A stretch of 64,000 nucleotides of DNA from the NCBI RefSeq assembly GCF_009914755.1, contig NC_060930.1. One strand, given 5' to 3'. Under the pieces are notes generated by a model. That model had not been told where the DNA came from. It was given only the letters and a program-made list of their open reading frames with translations, and made no database searches. This DNA is from the human T2T-CHM13v2.0 reference genome, Homo sapiens. Within the stretch, counting starts at the first letter, position 1. Every line of letters starts with the position of its first letter. Positions 39,511-53,320 of the stretch are shown one piece after another. Position numbers and translations under genes: made by a program.

Positions 39511-39973
39511 TATTTTAGATTAAACTGTAGCCATAACTCTCAAGCAAATCTGTGAAACATTGTGTCTATAGTGCAGACTGGTTGTGGTGCTTGGTTTTGG
39601 CCATATTCTGCCCTGTAGCCAAGGGCTAACACACCCCAATCCTTTCTGTCCATTCTTCAGCAGCTTTCATGATGGTTTCTATGGGGAAGTGGAGAGATGG
39701 GCTCTCCTGAACATGATTACACACAGGGTGATGTAAGTCATTCTCTCAACATCAGGCTATCCTCTAAATAGATCTGCAGCAAGTAGTTTACTCTGATTCA
39801 TTAACTTCATATCCTGAGATTGTCTCAAAATCATCTCCTTTAATTCACCTAGAGACTCCTAACTAGGTCAATTAAGTTTTCACTTAAGTCTAACCTAAGT
39901 CTCATGTGCTGTAATTCAAGCTATTTTTTCTTTTGCTTTCATGTTCAGATTAAATTTCTTGAAAATTACTGGG

Positions 39974-40534
39974 TGTATCAGTCAGAGTTCTCCAGAAAAA
40001 CATAACCAATAGGATGTGTGTGTGTGTGAGTGTGTGTGTGTATACAGAGAGCGATTTATTTTAATAAGGAATTGCCTCACATGATTGTGAAGGTTGGCAA
40101 ATCCCAGGATCTGCAGGTAAGTTCGAAAGCTGGACTCCCAAGAGAGCTGATGATGCAGTTCCAGTTGAGCCCAAAGATCTGAGAAACAGCAGGGCCTATA
40201 TAGTTCCAGGCTCAAGGCCAGCAGGCTTGAGACCCAAGAATAGCTAATGTTTCAGCTCAAGTTCAAAAGCTGGGGAAAGCCAATATCCCAGTTCAAAGGC
40301 AACCAAGCAGAAGCAATCCTCCCTCACTGAGGAGACAGTCAGCCTTTTTGTCCTGTTTAGGCCTTCCAATGATTGAATGAGGCCCACCCACATTCAGGAG
40401 GGCAAATCTACCAATTTAAATGGTAATCTAATTCAAAACCACCCTCACTGAAACACTCAGAATAATGTTTGAGCTATGATAATATCTGGGAACCCATGGC
40501 TCAGTCAAGTTGACAAACAAAATTAGTCATCATA
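39974..40534 (-). mobile_element. MLT2B-like HERV-L solo LTR with internal (TG)n
   Basis: 'tgtatcagtcagagttctccagaaaaacataaccaatagg' ... 'tgattgaatgaggcccacccacatt' ... 'cagtcaagttgac'. Confidence 0.9.
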
Positions 40535-41029
40535 GTAGGGTAGAGTATTAAAATATTAAGATCCTCAGAGAGAACATATGTACTTTACAAATATATTACA
40601 ACCTTAGTTATCTTAGATTTCAACATTGGCTTTTGAGAAACGGGTGATTTTCTTTCACAGCAAAGAGCTGCAATATAGGTGATAGAATTTATTTAAAAAA
40701 AGAAAAATATAGATTATTATTTTTATACCAAACCTGGAATCATGGATACTACTCCTCAATGACAAAAATAAGATAAATTGACCAAAAACAAAACAAAATA
40801 AGCAAAGGGTAAGAAAGGGAAAGAAAAATATTATGGTGTTGATAATAAGAAAACAAAGACATCTAAAATGAGTCACAAATAAAATAATTTTCCACATTTT
40901 ATTTATTAATCAGGTCAATAAATACATGCCAAGTACTCTCCTCAATGCTTGAGAGACAGCACTAAACAAAGTACAAGAAAAATCCCTCTTGAAGCATAAA
41001 TTTTTACAAGGAGAGATAAGCAATAAATA

Positions 41030-41310
41030 ATAAAATTTACTGTTATAATCATTAATATCATTGTTAATTATTATGTAATAATCAACAATACATGTATTGA
41101 TTATCAATTATATAATTATCAATACATAATATAATAATATAATTGTATATGATATAATAATACGTATTACTAACAATATATCTAGTTTATTGTTAACAAT
41201 GAATATTATTAATAATATTGTTAATAATTTATTAATATTATTGATAATAGTGAATAATATTATTCTAACTAGAATATTATATTTAGAAAATATTACTAAC
41301 ATACACAACT
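41030..41310. repeat. Extremely AT-rich low-complexity tract
   Basis: Nearly all A/T, built from aatatt/taat/ttaa-like short units. Confidence 0.85.
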
Positions 41311-41485
41311 TTCAATATTATCTTAACTAAATGTAAAATTATGTTGTATTTTTGCAGTTTTAAAATACCATTTTATCAGGTTGTTTCTTACTTTTTAATG
41401 TTTTTATTTTAGAATATATTTAAATTTCCAGAAAAGTAGTATAATAGAGTTCCCATATACTCCATACTCAGTATCCCCTGTGAAC
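41311..41485 (+). repeat. Dispersed direct copy of 38753-38929
   Basis: Hand alignment gives roughly 85% identity; both copies end 'gtatcccctgtgaac'. Confidence 0.9.
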
Positions 41486-41544
41486 TAGTGCACCAATAGT
41501 CACTTTCTAACTAGTCATCTTCTAACTAGAAGGTGACTTGAGGG

Positions 41545-42060
41545 CCCCCCACTTCCTCCTGCTTTCTTTGTCCTGAGAAACACGGAGTGCCTTGACAGCT
41601 CTGTGAACCAGCCAGCTGCATGGTTTCCATGCAGGCTTAAACTCAAGCTAGGCCCTTGAACTCAAGCTAGGCCCAGGCACTAATTAAGGTGTTTAGGTTG
41701 TTACTGAAAACAGTGAGAGATTATTCCTCTTGCTAAATGCATAGAAACTAGCCCTAGCCCTGAACCTCCTTAGACCCTCATATTAATAAACTCCATAAGC
41801 CAAATCTCCTTCCCAACTGGTGGAAGACATATCCAGGTCAAACATCTGTTCTGTTGCTGTCTGTCACCAGAAAGCTTCAGCCCTCTGTATATAAGTTCCT
41901 CTCCTAAATAGTTAGGATTGATCACTCTGGCATTTACTGCTTCTGTCTTTGGAATTGCAACCAGTGCCCACTCAGGAGAGTTTGAAGTACCCCCTGCAGA
42001 AACTCCCCTGCTGCCACTTTTGTGGTCACTCCAGCCACAGGGGATAAATTGGATGGAATA
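41545..42060 (+). mobile_element. ERVL-class LTR (MER74/MER73-like), apparently 5'-truncated
   Basis: 'cccaggcactaattaaggtgtttaggttgtt', 'gatcactctggcatttactgcttc...tttggaat', 'aactcccctgctgccactttt...actccagccac'. Confidence 0.75.
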
Positions 42061-42445
42061 GTGACAAGTACCTGGAAAAAAATAAAAGTAGGGCAGGGGA
42101 AAAAGTACCATGGACATTGGTGTTGAGGAGAACAATTTTACATATGAGGTGAAATTCAGTCTCCTTGAGAAGGTGGTATTTAGGTAAAGTCTCAAAGGCA
42201 GTGAAAGAGGTAGCCATGTGCATGTATTGGAAGATTATCTAGGCACAGGGCAGTCAGAGCAAAGCAGAGAACATGACTCACATGTTTGAGGAAATGCCAG
42301 AGCGGCTGGAGTGGAATGAAGAATGACAGAGTTGTAGGAAGAGGCCAGAGAGGTAGTGATGGTGTTAGATGTGCAGGAGACAAGATCGTATGGATCAATC
42401 TGTCCAATAATGGCTTTGCAGGCCATTATTAGGATTGTCCCTTCA
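42061..42445 (-). mobile_element. L2a fragment, continuing the L2 piece at ~40900-41030
   Basis: 'gtgacaagtacctggaaaaaaataaaagtaggg...gagaaggtggtatttagg...gctggagtggaatga'. Confidence 0.75.
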
Positions 42446-42930
42446 ATCAAATGTCATTCACACTCAAACTTCGGTGTTTAGTTGACAGTTTGGAGTTTTG
42501 CTTACCTGAGCTGGTGTTTCGGAACAAGTGATAAAGCAGTTATTACTCTATGTTTGATTTGAGGCTAAACATCATAATGTATCCTGTGGATACAATTGTC
42601 ATACAAAAACGTATATATGAAAAAAAAAATCACCATCTATTGGAGAAGGAAGAAAGAATAATGGGATTCTAGAGTTCACAGTGAAGACATGGAAAGCAGT
42701 AAGTTGCTCACCCCACATCCTTGTACATAACTGCTACCCATGACTGCACTTTTGCAATGTGGAAAACAAAGTTAGATGCAGAAATCCAATCTGAGTTTTA
42801 AGGATACATTTCCACTTCTTAAATAACTTTTCTGTAACTTTATCTTTAACATTTAGGGTTTCTTTTGTGAAGAATCACATAGATGCTTAGGAAAAACATC
42901 TATGACAATATGCTGATAATCAAACTGTAA

Positions 42931-43278
<348 letters not shown>

Positions 43279-44875
43279 ATAATCATATGTTTTCTAAATA
43301 ATAATATAATATCACCAGGTATTTTCCAATATATAAAGTACTTTATATTCACATCTTCATACAAACCTTAATTAACAAATATTATTATTTATGGTTGAGA
43401 AAAAGTGAAGTGAAAAACAACTATCATTATGCCCCTTTTACAATTATACGTTATATATTTTTTACCTCCATGATGAGTATTAATCTTTATCTTTCTTGTG
43501 CAAGAGTGTTATACTTTGTTGAAATACATTTCAAAAGGAACATAAAAAAGAGTGTATGTCGCTTACTATATGTAGTTTTTCCACATACAATATATTCATT
43601 TTTTTCTTAAAGTGATATTAGAAAATAAGTATTATAATTTCTAGTTTATACATGATAAGAATGATTTGTGTAAGCTCTATTCTTTGATAAATATTACCAA
43701 GCTAGTAAGAGTCAGAGTCAAACTATGACCCAAGATTCTCTTACTCTAAAGCTAATTCAGAACATATTTAAAGCGGTTCTGCATTTTAGAGAATAAAGAG
43801 AGATATCAGAGCCAACAAGGACTCTGATAATTTATTTAATATCTTTGGATTTTTGTGAGTCCTCTCTCCCAGATGTAAAGTGAGCTTTTGTTCTATAATC
43901 AATCTATAATTCTGCATTTAGAATTATATTTCATGAAAATACAAAGTTCACTATAAAGCATATCTTTTTCTCAAAATGTATAAGAATAAAACAATCTTTA
44001 CCTCTTGTCCTATGTAACCAGTTCTACCATACAATTTATAGGAGACAGTTTTAGCATAAGGAATGAAGGCTTGACTATTACTGGGACATAAGGCTTAATC
44101 CTTTGTAAAATTAAAAAAAAATTCCATTGACGTGTTCTACCAAAAATTCTACTCAGTACTTTCCAGTGTCATCATTACCACTTGTGAGTATTTTGTACTC
44201 ATCACTCAATCTTTTATTTGACTTAGCATCTAAGAGAGCACTCAAGGGTTGGGCTAAAAGTAGACACAAAGTAGGCTACTTACTGCAGAGATGAAAAAAG
44301 TATGAATTTGGGCCAAATTGGATGCACTAACGGGAATACTTTTCACTCTCTGAAAACCAATACTTTTTTTTTTAACAAATGAATACTTACAGTAGCTTTG
44401 CTGATGGTAAGGAACATCAATTTTGAACCTCCAATAAATAAAATGTTAATTCAAAAAATGGATTCCATTTTCCTTATTAGTAAACCTATATTACAAAAAA
44501 AGTTTTATTTTTATTTTTATTATTTGAATTTCACCAATAAAAATCTTAGGGAAATCTGTTCTCTCATTTGTTATATTACTACCCATACAATATTTTCAAA
44601 ACTATTATCTGACCCCTCACAGAAAAAAGTTTCCTAACTGATGGGGTACTGAATTTTGATCCTCACTTGAAAACTGGGGATTCTAAAAGAAGTGTTTATT
44701 ATCATGAAGTGACATCAAGAGTCCATTGAGTTTAAAAATGGTCCTATGTTGAATCGTAGTACAAATAACACAAACTTTTATCAGCATTTAAAAGGCAAGA
44801 AATAAGAAATGTTCAGATTACAAATATTTACAATTTTTTTTGTACTTGATTATGTCATTGCAAAAATGCTTCTCT

Positions 44876-45030
44876 GGCTGGACGATGTGGCTCACACCTG
44901 TAATCCCAGGTTTTGGGAGGAGTGAGAGGACTGAGATGATTGCTTGAAGCCAGAAGTTTGAGACCAGCCTGGGGACCAAAACAAGACTCCATCTCTAAAA
45001 AAACAATAATAATAATTAATAAATAAAAAC
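44876..45030 (+). mobile_element. FLAM / AluJ left monomer
   Basis: Single Alu arm followed by an A-rich tail. Confidence 0.85.
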
Positions 45031-45175
45031 AAATACTTTTTCCCTAGTTTGATTTGCATCAACATTAAAAGAAAACTCCAGGCAGGTAAACCATTCTTAT
45101 TAATAAATTAAGAATCCCTGGCACAGTTCATTATGATAGTGATCATTCAGCTGTACAGAATTGGCACTCAGAGCG

Positions 45176-47684
45176 TAACATAGTTTAAATGTTTGTCCTC
45201 TCCAAATCTCATGTTAAAATGTGACCAGCACATTTGAAGGTGGGCCTAATGGAAGGTGTTTGTGTCACAAGGGCAGATTCCTCATAAATGGTTTTGTGCT
45301 GACTTCATGTTAATGAGTGAGTTCTCAGTGCATGGATTCATGTGAGATCTAGTTATTTAAAAGGGCCTGGCATCTTCTCCCTCTCACTTTTGTTCTCTCT
45401 CTAGACATGTGATATGCTGACTTCCCCTTAGACTTTTGTCATGAGTAAAATCTTCCAAGCCTTCACTGAAAGCAGATGCTGGCACTATGCTTCATGTCCA
45501 GCCTGAAAAACCATGAGCCAAATAAACCTATTTTCTTTATAATTTTTTTTTCTTTATATACTCACATTCTCAGGTATTCCTTTATAGCAACTCAAACAGA
45601 CTGACACAGAAAATTGGTTCAGAGAGTGGGGTGTTGCTATAAAAATACATGAAAATGTGGAAGCAGCTTTAGAACTGGGTAAGAGAGATTTAAAAATTTT
45701 AGAGGGCTCAACAAAAAATACAAAAAGACAAGAAAAAGTTTGGAACTTCTTAGAGAAGTTGTTAAATGGTTGGGACCAAAGTACTAACAAAAATATAGTT
45801 AGTGAAGGCATGGCTGACAAATTCTCAGGTGGAAATAAAAAATGTATTGGAAACTGGAGCAAAGGTCACCCTTGTTACAGCCTAGCAAAGGCTGCATTGT
45901 GTCCATGTCCTGAGGGTTTGTAGAAGGCATAACTTGTGATTAGTGACTTAGGGTATCTGGCAGAAGAAATTTCTAAGCAACACAGCATTCAAGATGTGGC
46001 AAGGCTGCTTCTAACAACCTAAGTCACATATGGGAACAAATAAATGACATAGAATTAAAACATATTTAAAAGAGAAGCAGAGCATAAAAGCTTGAAAAAT
46101 TTACAGCCTGGCTGTGTGCAAAAAAAAAAAAAAAAGCACTTTCAGGAAAAAAAATCCAAGTGGGCTCTAAAGCATCCACTTGCTAGAGAGATTAGCATGA
46201 CTAAAAGGGAGCTAAGGGCTAATATTCAAGGCACTGGGAAAAAGGCCTCAAAGGCATTTCAAAAATCTCTATGACAGGCCCCACTTCATAGCTCCAGAGG
46301 TCGAGAAAGAAAGAATGGTTTCAGGGGCCAAGCCCAAGGTCCTGCTGCCCTGTGTAGCCTTGGGACACTGCTTTCCGCATCCTGTCTGCTCCAGCTCCAG
46401 CCTTGGCTCAAAGGTCCCCACATATAGCTTGGGCTGCTGCTCAGAAGGGCACAAGCTGTAGGCTTTGGCAGCTTACATATCATGTTAATTCTGAAGGCGT
46501 GCAATATATGAGAGTAAAAGAGTCGTGGCAACTTCCCCCTAGATTTCAAAGAAAGTACTGGCAGGCTTGGGTGCCTAGGCAGAAGTCTGCCACAAGGGTA
46601 AAACCCACACAGAGAGACCCTACTAGGGCAGTGCTGAAGGGAAATAAAGGGTTTGAACCCCCATACAGAGTTCCCATCAGGGCCCTACCTTGTGGAACTG
46701 TGGGAATGAGGCTACCACCCTCTAGACCCAAGAAAGATAGAGCCATCCCCAGCTCATACATTGAGCCTGGAAAAGCTACAGGCACTCAACTCCAACCTGT
46801 GAAAGCAGCCATGGGCTCTTCATCCTGCAAAGCCACAGGAGCAAAGCGGCTCAAGACCTTGGGATCCCACCGCTTGCATCAGTGTGCTCATGTTACGAGG
46901 AAAAGAGTCAAAGAATATTATTTTCTTGCCTGCCCTGATGGGTCTCAGACTTGCGTGAGGCATATTGCCTGTTCTTTTAGCCAGTTTATCCCTTTTAAGA
47001 TAGAAATGTTTACCCAACACCTGTACCACCATTGTATCTTAGAAGTAAGTTATTTTAAATTTAACAGGTTCATAGGTTAAAACAAAACAAAAGCCAACAA
47101 ACAGAAACAAAATGTGTCTTAAGTCTCAAATAAGACCAGACTTTGGACTTTTAATTAAGTTAATGGTAAAACAACTTATGACTTTTGGAGACTATTGAAA
47201 AGGGCTAATTTTACTTTATAATATAAGAAGGACATAGATTTAGGGGGCCAGGAGTAGAATGATGTAGTTTAAATATTTGTCCTCTCCAAATCTCATCTTA
47301 AAATATGACCTCCAAAGTTGGAGGTTTGTCTAGTGGAAGGTATTGGGGTCATGAGGGCAGGTCCCTCTTAAATGGCTTGGTGCTGTTCTCATGTTAATAA
47401 GTGATTCTCACTTCAAGAGTTCACATAGGATCTTATTGTTTAAAAGAGTCTAGAACCTCCTGCCTCTCTCTTAGTCTCTCTGTCTCTCCCTCTTGCCATG
47501 TGACATGCCAACTCCCTCTTTGCCTTCCACCATGAGCAAAAGCTCCCTGAGGCCTTCACCAAAAGCAGACACCAGCACTATGCTTCCCATATAGCCTGAA
47601 AACTGTGAGCCAAATAAACCTCTTTTCTTCATAAATTACTCAGTCTCTGGTATTCCTTTATAGCAACACAAACAGACTAACACA
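45176..47684 (+). mobile_element. Complete MSTB-like MaLR provirus: 5' LTR 45176-45608, internal 45609-47259, 3' LTR 47260-47684
   Basis: Two homologous ~430-bp LTRs, internal start 'gaaaattgg', and purine tract 'agggggccaggagtagaa' before the 3' LTR. Degenerate TSD gagcg/gatca. Confidence 0.95.
45650..46940 (+). pseudogene. MaLR internal (gag-related) ORF remnant
   Basis: Translated pieces 'EAALELG...IGNWSKGHPCYSLAK..LCPCP' and 'FEPPYRVPIRALP...PGKATGTQLQPVKAA...CKATGA' resemble the THE1/MST-int ORF; broken by stops and frameshifts. Confidence 0.75.
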
Positions 47685-48110
47685 GATCACCTGCTCTATG
47701 TGGACAATTTAGTTAAAATCAGTTCTCTTATAGTAGATAGTGCTCAAACCTGACCACTTGTGCTCACTAGACATCATGCCTGGAGCAGAGCTATTATGTG
47801 GTGGGAAGTCACAGTCAGGAAGAAACTGTGAGAACAAACTTCCTGAGCTCCTAGGCTGTGGCCTGAAACTATTAAACAAAGAACAACTTGTCTATCAATG
47901 CTGCCATTTTGTTCTATACTAGAACATTTTCACTAAAGGGCTCTAAGAGCAAGAGTTAAAGAAAAATAATTATATAGAAACAACATTGAGGCCTTCTGGG
48001 TGAGTAGCTCTTTGCTTTTTAATTTTCCTAAGTACTAAAAGGCAATGATGTAGAAATTGCTAATTAGTAGCAATTCTCAATAGAAAAATATTATAAAAGG
48101 AGACTTTCTA

Positions 48111-48384
48111 GTTCAGGCACAGTGTCTCACGCCTGTAATCCCAGCACTTTGGGAGGCCGAGGCGGGCAGATCACCTGAGGTCAGGAGTTCAAGACTAGCC
48201 CGGCTAACATGGCAAAACTCCATCTCTACTAAAAATACAAAAACTAGCCGGTCGTGGTGGCAGGCACCTGTAACCACAGCTACTTGGGAGGCTGAGGTAG
48301 GAGAATCACTTGAACCTGAAAGATGGTGGTTGCAGTGAGCTGAGATGACGCCATTGCACTTAAAAAATAAAAAATAAAAATAAA
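48111..48384 (+). mobile_element. AluSx/Sq-like element lacking the last ~30 nt of the right arm
   Basis: Body ends 'gccattgcact' and runs straight into the A tail; TSD agactttcta (48101-10, 48385-94). Confidence 0.93.
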
Positions 48385-49802
48385 AGACTTTCTAACAACA
48401 GATCCCTTAATAGAGCTGGACTAGTGTAATCTTTCAATTTGAAAGATATTCAGGCTAATCAGATAATATGTTACCCTGAAAAGACGTATTTCAAAGTCCT
48501 GTATTTGTTTTATAGAGTAGGCTGCATTTTTCTTAAAGGGCAGAAACTACCTAGAGTAAAATTATCACCATTGCTGGCATCCACATATCACTTTCCAGCT
48601 GACAAGATACTCTATACTCATTTTCTCATCTGAGTCACAGCATCTCCCAGTCAAGGCAGGTAGGATCCCTATTTTACAATTGAATTAACAGAGTCTGTGA
48701 TTTTCTTAAAGTTACATTGTTTATAGAAGAATAAGCTCAAAAGCAGATCTCAAGTATGTAGGCTCTTTGTCTTACTTTCTTTCTAAACTATTATTCTAAC
48801 AATCCTCTGATTCTCAGGAGGGAACATTCCAACTCCATTTGACTCAGAGTCATTCATTTCTCTCTCACACCTCTTCTTTGTTCATGTCTTAGCTAAAACA
48901 CTTTACAGAGAGCCACAAACATGAATATCTTGCCAAAGATAGTAATCTAGTATAATATCTCTTCTGTGGTCAGAATTGGTCATATATGCCAGGATAATAG
49001 AGAGCCATGAACATGTTAATCCTTGACTATGGAATGTGTGGTATGTTTAAGTTTTTGTTTGTTTCTTTCTTTTTACTCTTTTCTTTTTGTTTCACAACTG
49101 GCATGCCTGTGCATACACAATTTGGGGACAATAACATACTGTGCTAGGAGAATAATCTGTTTCAGAATCACGTGTTGATTATGTGAAATGTACAGTTTCT
49201 TGAACAATATCTCAGAACTGTGGAAAAAAAATCTTTCCATGTGGTATTCAGAAATGTGGATTTTAAACAAATTCTCCAAGAGATTCTTATGGAATTTGCA
49301 GTTAAAGAATATTGGGAGAGTTAATCTGGCACAAATATTGAATATTCATACCCATTTTTGCTGGGCATAACAAGAATGCAAGACACAGATAATTCTTTTC
49401 TCAGCCATTTCTGATGGTTGTACTTGCAGTGAGCATCCTTAAGGGATGAGATATCTTCATACATACAAAGAGCAGGTTCCTATGGAAGCAGTGATACTTA
49501 AAGTTTACAGTTTTTTGCAATGCAAACTCACTGCATGCATAGTTTCCAGAATGCCCCCTCTGCATTACTCTGCAGGACTTGATGGCATACTTGCTGTGCT
49601 TTAAGTGATAAAATCTTTTCTCTCTGATCCTAGAGTCTGTTGTCATCTATCAGCATCCATGAAGCTGTAATTATCTAATTTCTTAGCTTGTAAGAAGCGT
49701 AAAATTCCAATTTCTGATAGAAACCCCTGCATCAGTCAGATGTAAGTGAGTAATGTAGCCAAACTTCATGCCTAACAGAACAGGTAACTAAAATTCAGAC
49801 AA

Positions 49803-50104
<302 letters not shown>

Positions 50105-50311
50105 AATTCAGACAAAATCTTCAAAGGTTTTGTATCAGAAACATGCAGAAACCTATCTGCAGGAGGCATTTGGCTTTTTGCTCCAACCCCCTACTACAGT
50201 CTCATTTTATAATATTCAAAGATAGAAAGCATAACTGTATTTAACCAGCTATTCTCTATTCCTGCTAGAAACCCAGAGGCCGAAAAAAAGCCAAAAGTTT
50301 TATTGAAACAC

Positions 50312-50346
50312 ATGCACGCACACACACACACACACACACACACGCA
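50312..50346. repeat. (CA)n microsatellite
   Basis: Direct reading. Confidence 0.93.
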
Positions 50347-51216
50347 GAGAGAGATCGTAAATATTACAATAACAACTGAAAAGCAAGTAAATCTTAGAGA
50401 TGGATAAATGAACTTTGATGATACATTTTTGGAAATAACCGACTGATCAGCAGGAAGAAAAGAGGACTCAGATAGTCTCATTGTCCACAGTGATAAACTA
50501 GTACCAGATCACCAAGGAGCACATGAATCTTTGTCCCTGTTATTAGGGCAAGAGAATTGAAAGCAGACCTTCAAAGCAGGCTCAAGTGTAAAGGGAAAGT
50601 GAAATTCCAGTCCGAAATGAGGGGCAGGAGCTAAGGTAGGAAAATCATGATATCATGGGAATTGGGAATGAAAATAAATTTAAGGAGGAAAACAATACAG
50701 GCAGCAGTGCCCAGGAAGTACTAGCCTTTAACTGATGGGTCAGACAGGAACTGTGCAGTGGAGCTCCTCCCAGCTCTTGCTGGGCGAATTGTTTCTTCAG
50801 CTTATCTGATGATAGGGCTGAGGTTAGAGTCATGATCTGCCTCTGTCTAAAGATGGTGAAAGGACAAAGTTTTCAGAGTCACCAGGAGCTGCAGGAGGTA
50901 GAGAAAAAGTCACTAATGGAAGGACCAAAGTAAGAGGTGAAAACCCTAATTGAATATTACTATCTCCTAAATGTTTACGATTTTTCTGCAAACATTCGTT
51001 TCAGTTTCCAGATAGAACTGAACCAGCAAAGACAGGAGTTCATTAGAATGTGTGGAGAACTGACCGGATGAGTTTTCTTTGCCGCCTCAATTTATATCCT
51101 ATACCAGCCAATCACTGAGTCTACTACCAGAATTTTGGGACAGACAGATGTTTCCTTTTTATTTTAGTCACATATTAGAAAGTGAAGGCCTATGACAAAT
51201 CTCATATGCCATTATC

Positions 51217-51339
51217 TTTTTTTTTTTCTTTTTTTGAGACGGAGTCTCGCTCTGCCGCCCAGGCAGGAGTGCAGTGACGCCATCTCAGCTCACTGCAAGC
51301 TCCGCCTCCCGGATTCACGCCTTTCTCCTGCGCAGCCTT
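51217..51339 (-). mobile_element. 5'-truncated AluY right arm
   Basis: 'gcaagctccgcctcccggattcacgcc' (Y-type, CpGs retained); short TSD cattatc. Confidence 0.9.
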
Positions 51340-52719
51340 CATTATCATTGACACTGAAAAATAAAAAGTTTAACTTTTAAGAGCCCTTCACCTTATTTTT
51401 AAAGAAAAAGCAACATAGGATATTCTCACTTTTTTCTTTTTAAAATATTTTCTACTTGCTCAAAAAGGGTACCACATAAGCACAAGTTAGAATAACATCT
51501 TTTATTTACGTTAAAGATAGATGGCAAACTTTGTTTTTGAACTGACTGTTTTCCTTATTATGCACCTCCAGAATAACGTGTTCCAGCAGTTTTATTTTTA
51601 AATGTCAGTTTTTCGTATACTTCACCTAACTAGAACCCTGATGCAGACAGAAAATGTAGAGAGAGCCACTAGGGAGGATCATCAGTCATGAAGATTAGAA
51701 TTAAAGCAAACAACAGATAATTTTCTCCACTTGTTTTCTACTAGCAAACAGACCTCGTTTTTAGTGGAGCAAGAAAATAAGATTAGGATATGCCAGTCAT
51801 GGGACTATTGACACACCATGAAAAGGTACGGGAATTTTAATTACTCAAGCACATGTCAAGTCTGAGATTTCAAAAAAGGCCTTTAAATAATTAAAGCAGT
51901 GGTAAAACTGCCAAAAAGTTTTATATGGGCTAAATTTAAAATATTTTATCACTGTTAAGAAAATCCTTCTCCTTATATTGTAAGGTAAGCATGGGTGTAC
52001 TGGAAACACCACACTCAGAACCATTTACTCTGAGGAAAAAAGGATGAACTATGATCACTTGTGAGGTTGCTGAAAGAAACTAGACAATCTGAATTTAATT
52101 ACAACGCATCTCTGTGCAATTGACTATTTAATATGTGCAATGGACAGTAGAAGAGGAATTGAGAATATGATCTCTGTCCTTGTGTGACCTTTAACTTCAG
52201 AAGACATTGATGATAAACAGGAAATCATCATTATTTTAAGGTAAGGTAATCTATATCCCTTGCTGAGTAAGCTATACTGGTAATAGCTTACAGAAGACAC
52301 TGACTATTTTAAGTTGTGAAAGTTAGAGGCTGCTACTTAATGTTAGAGGGGCTGGGGCAGAACTCTGAGGTATTTTGAATATGTAGGAAGAAAATATTGG
52401 GAAACAGTATATGCAAAGGCATATTGATGGGAATAAGTGTGCAGACACAACGAACAACCAGACCAAATAATAACTGTCATATAAGGTTGTATTATGGCAT
52501 GGCAGGAAATGAGGCTGACTAGAAATGAGAAACATGAAAATGAGAGGAGGTTTCTTTAATGCAGTCAAGACATGTGGCTCTAAGTTTGAAGGCAGGAAGT
52601 AGAGATATAGGAAGCATACTATAGAAATATAGTATAGACCTCTGAATTAACAGAAGACTCAAAAGAGAATCCAGAGTCCTGATGTATAAGAAGAGACACA
52701 GAAAAACAGAACCGCCAAT

Positions 52720-53320
52720 ATATATTTCAAGAGAGTGGATTCAATCTATCGATATATTAGTTAACTATATTAGTTAACTATTATCTGGGGAAAGGAGTGG
52801 TGGTGAAGGATCAAAAAACAAACACCGAGGTATCTAAAGGCAGTAACTGTAGAAAGCACCTAATACACTGTAGCCAGAAAAATAAATGGAAGGCACTGAG
52901 TTACCAGAAGCTTGGAAAAGTCAGGTAAGGTGGACCCAGGCCACAAGGATAAGGCATTGTTATCCAGTTTCTACAATTCTCTGTGAGCGAGTATGATGGG
53001 GTTGGTGCTAGAAGTGGTAAAAGAAGCTGAAGTCTAGTCCAACTAATGGTATTGTGACAAAGAGACACTTGGGTAATGATGCTAGGGACAGCAAGAAAGC
53101 AGGAAACGGGTCTCTTCTCTCCTCTTGCCACCCACTGTCCCACTAAAGCCCTATATTCTTAGAACCTAACAAAAAGCTAGCTGACAAAAAATAAAATAAA
53201 AATAAAATAAAATAAAAAGTCTGTATAATGTTGTTTGCCCGCCCTAGCCCCAGCTTCAGAGAACAGTGCGTGAAATGTTGACCTCGGCTGAAAAACTATG
53301 TATGGATAAATACCAGTCAT
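52720..53320 (-). mobile_element. Old ERVL-class LTR (LTR41/LTR50-like)
   Basis: 'agaacctaacaaaaagctagctgacaaa...aatgttgtttgc...ccctagccccagcttcagagaacag'. Family and limits uncertain. Confidence 0.5.

Noticed and set aside
41770-42195. 141-aa minus-strand ORF
   Set aside because: It spans an LTR/L2 boundary and has no recognisable domain, so it is a chance ORF.
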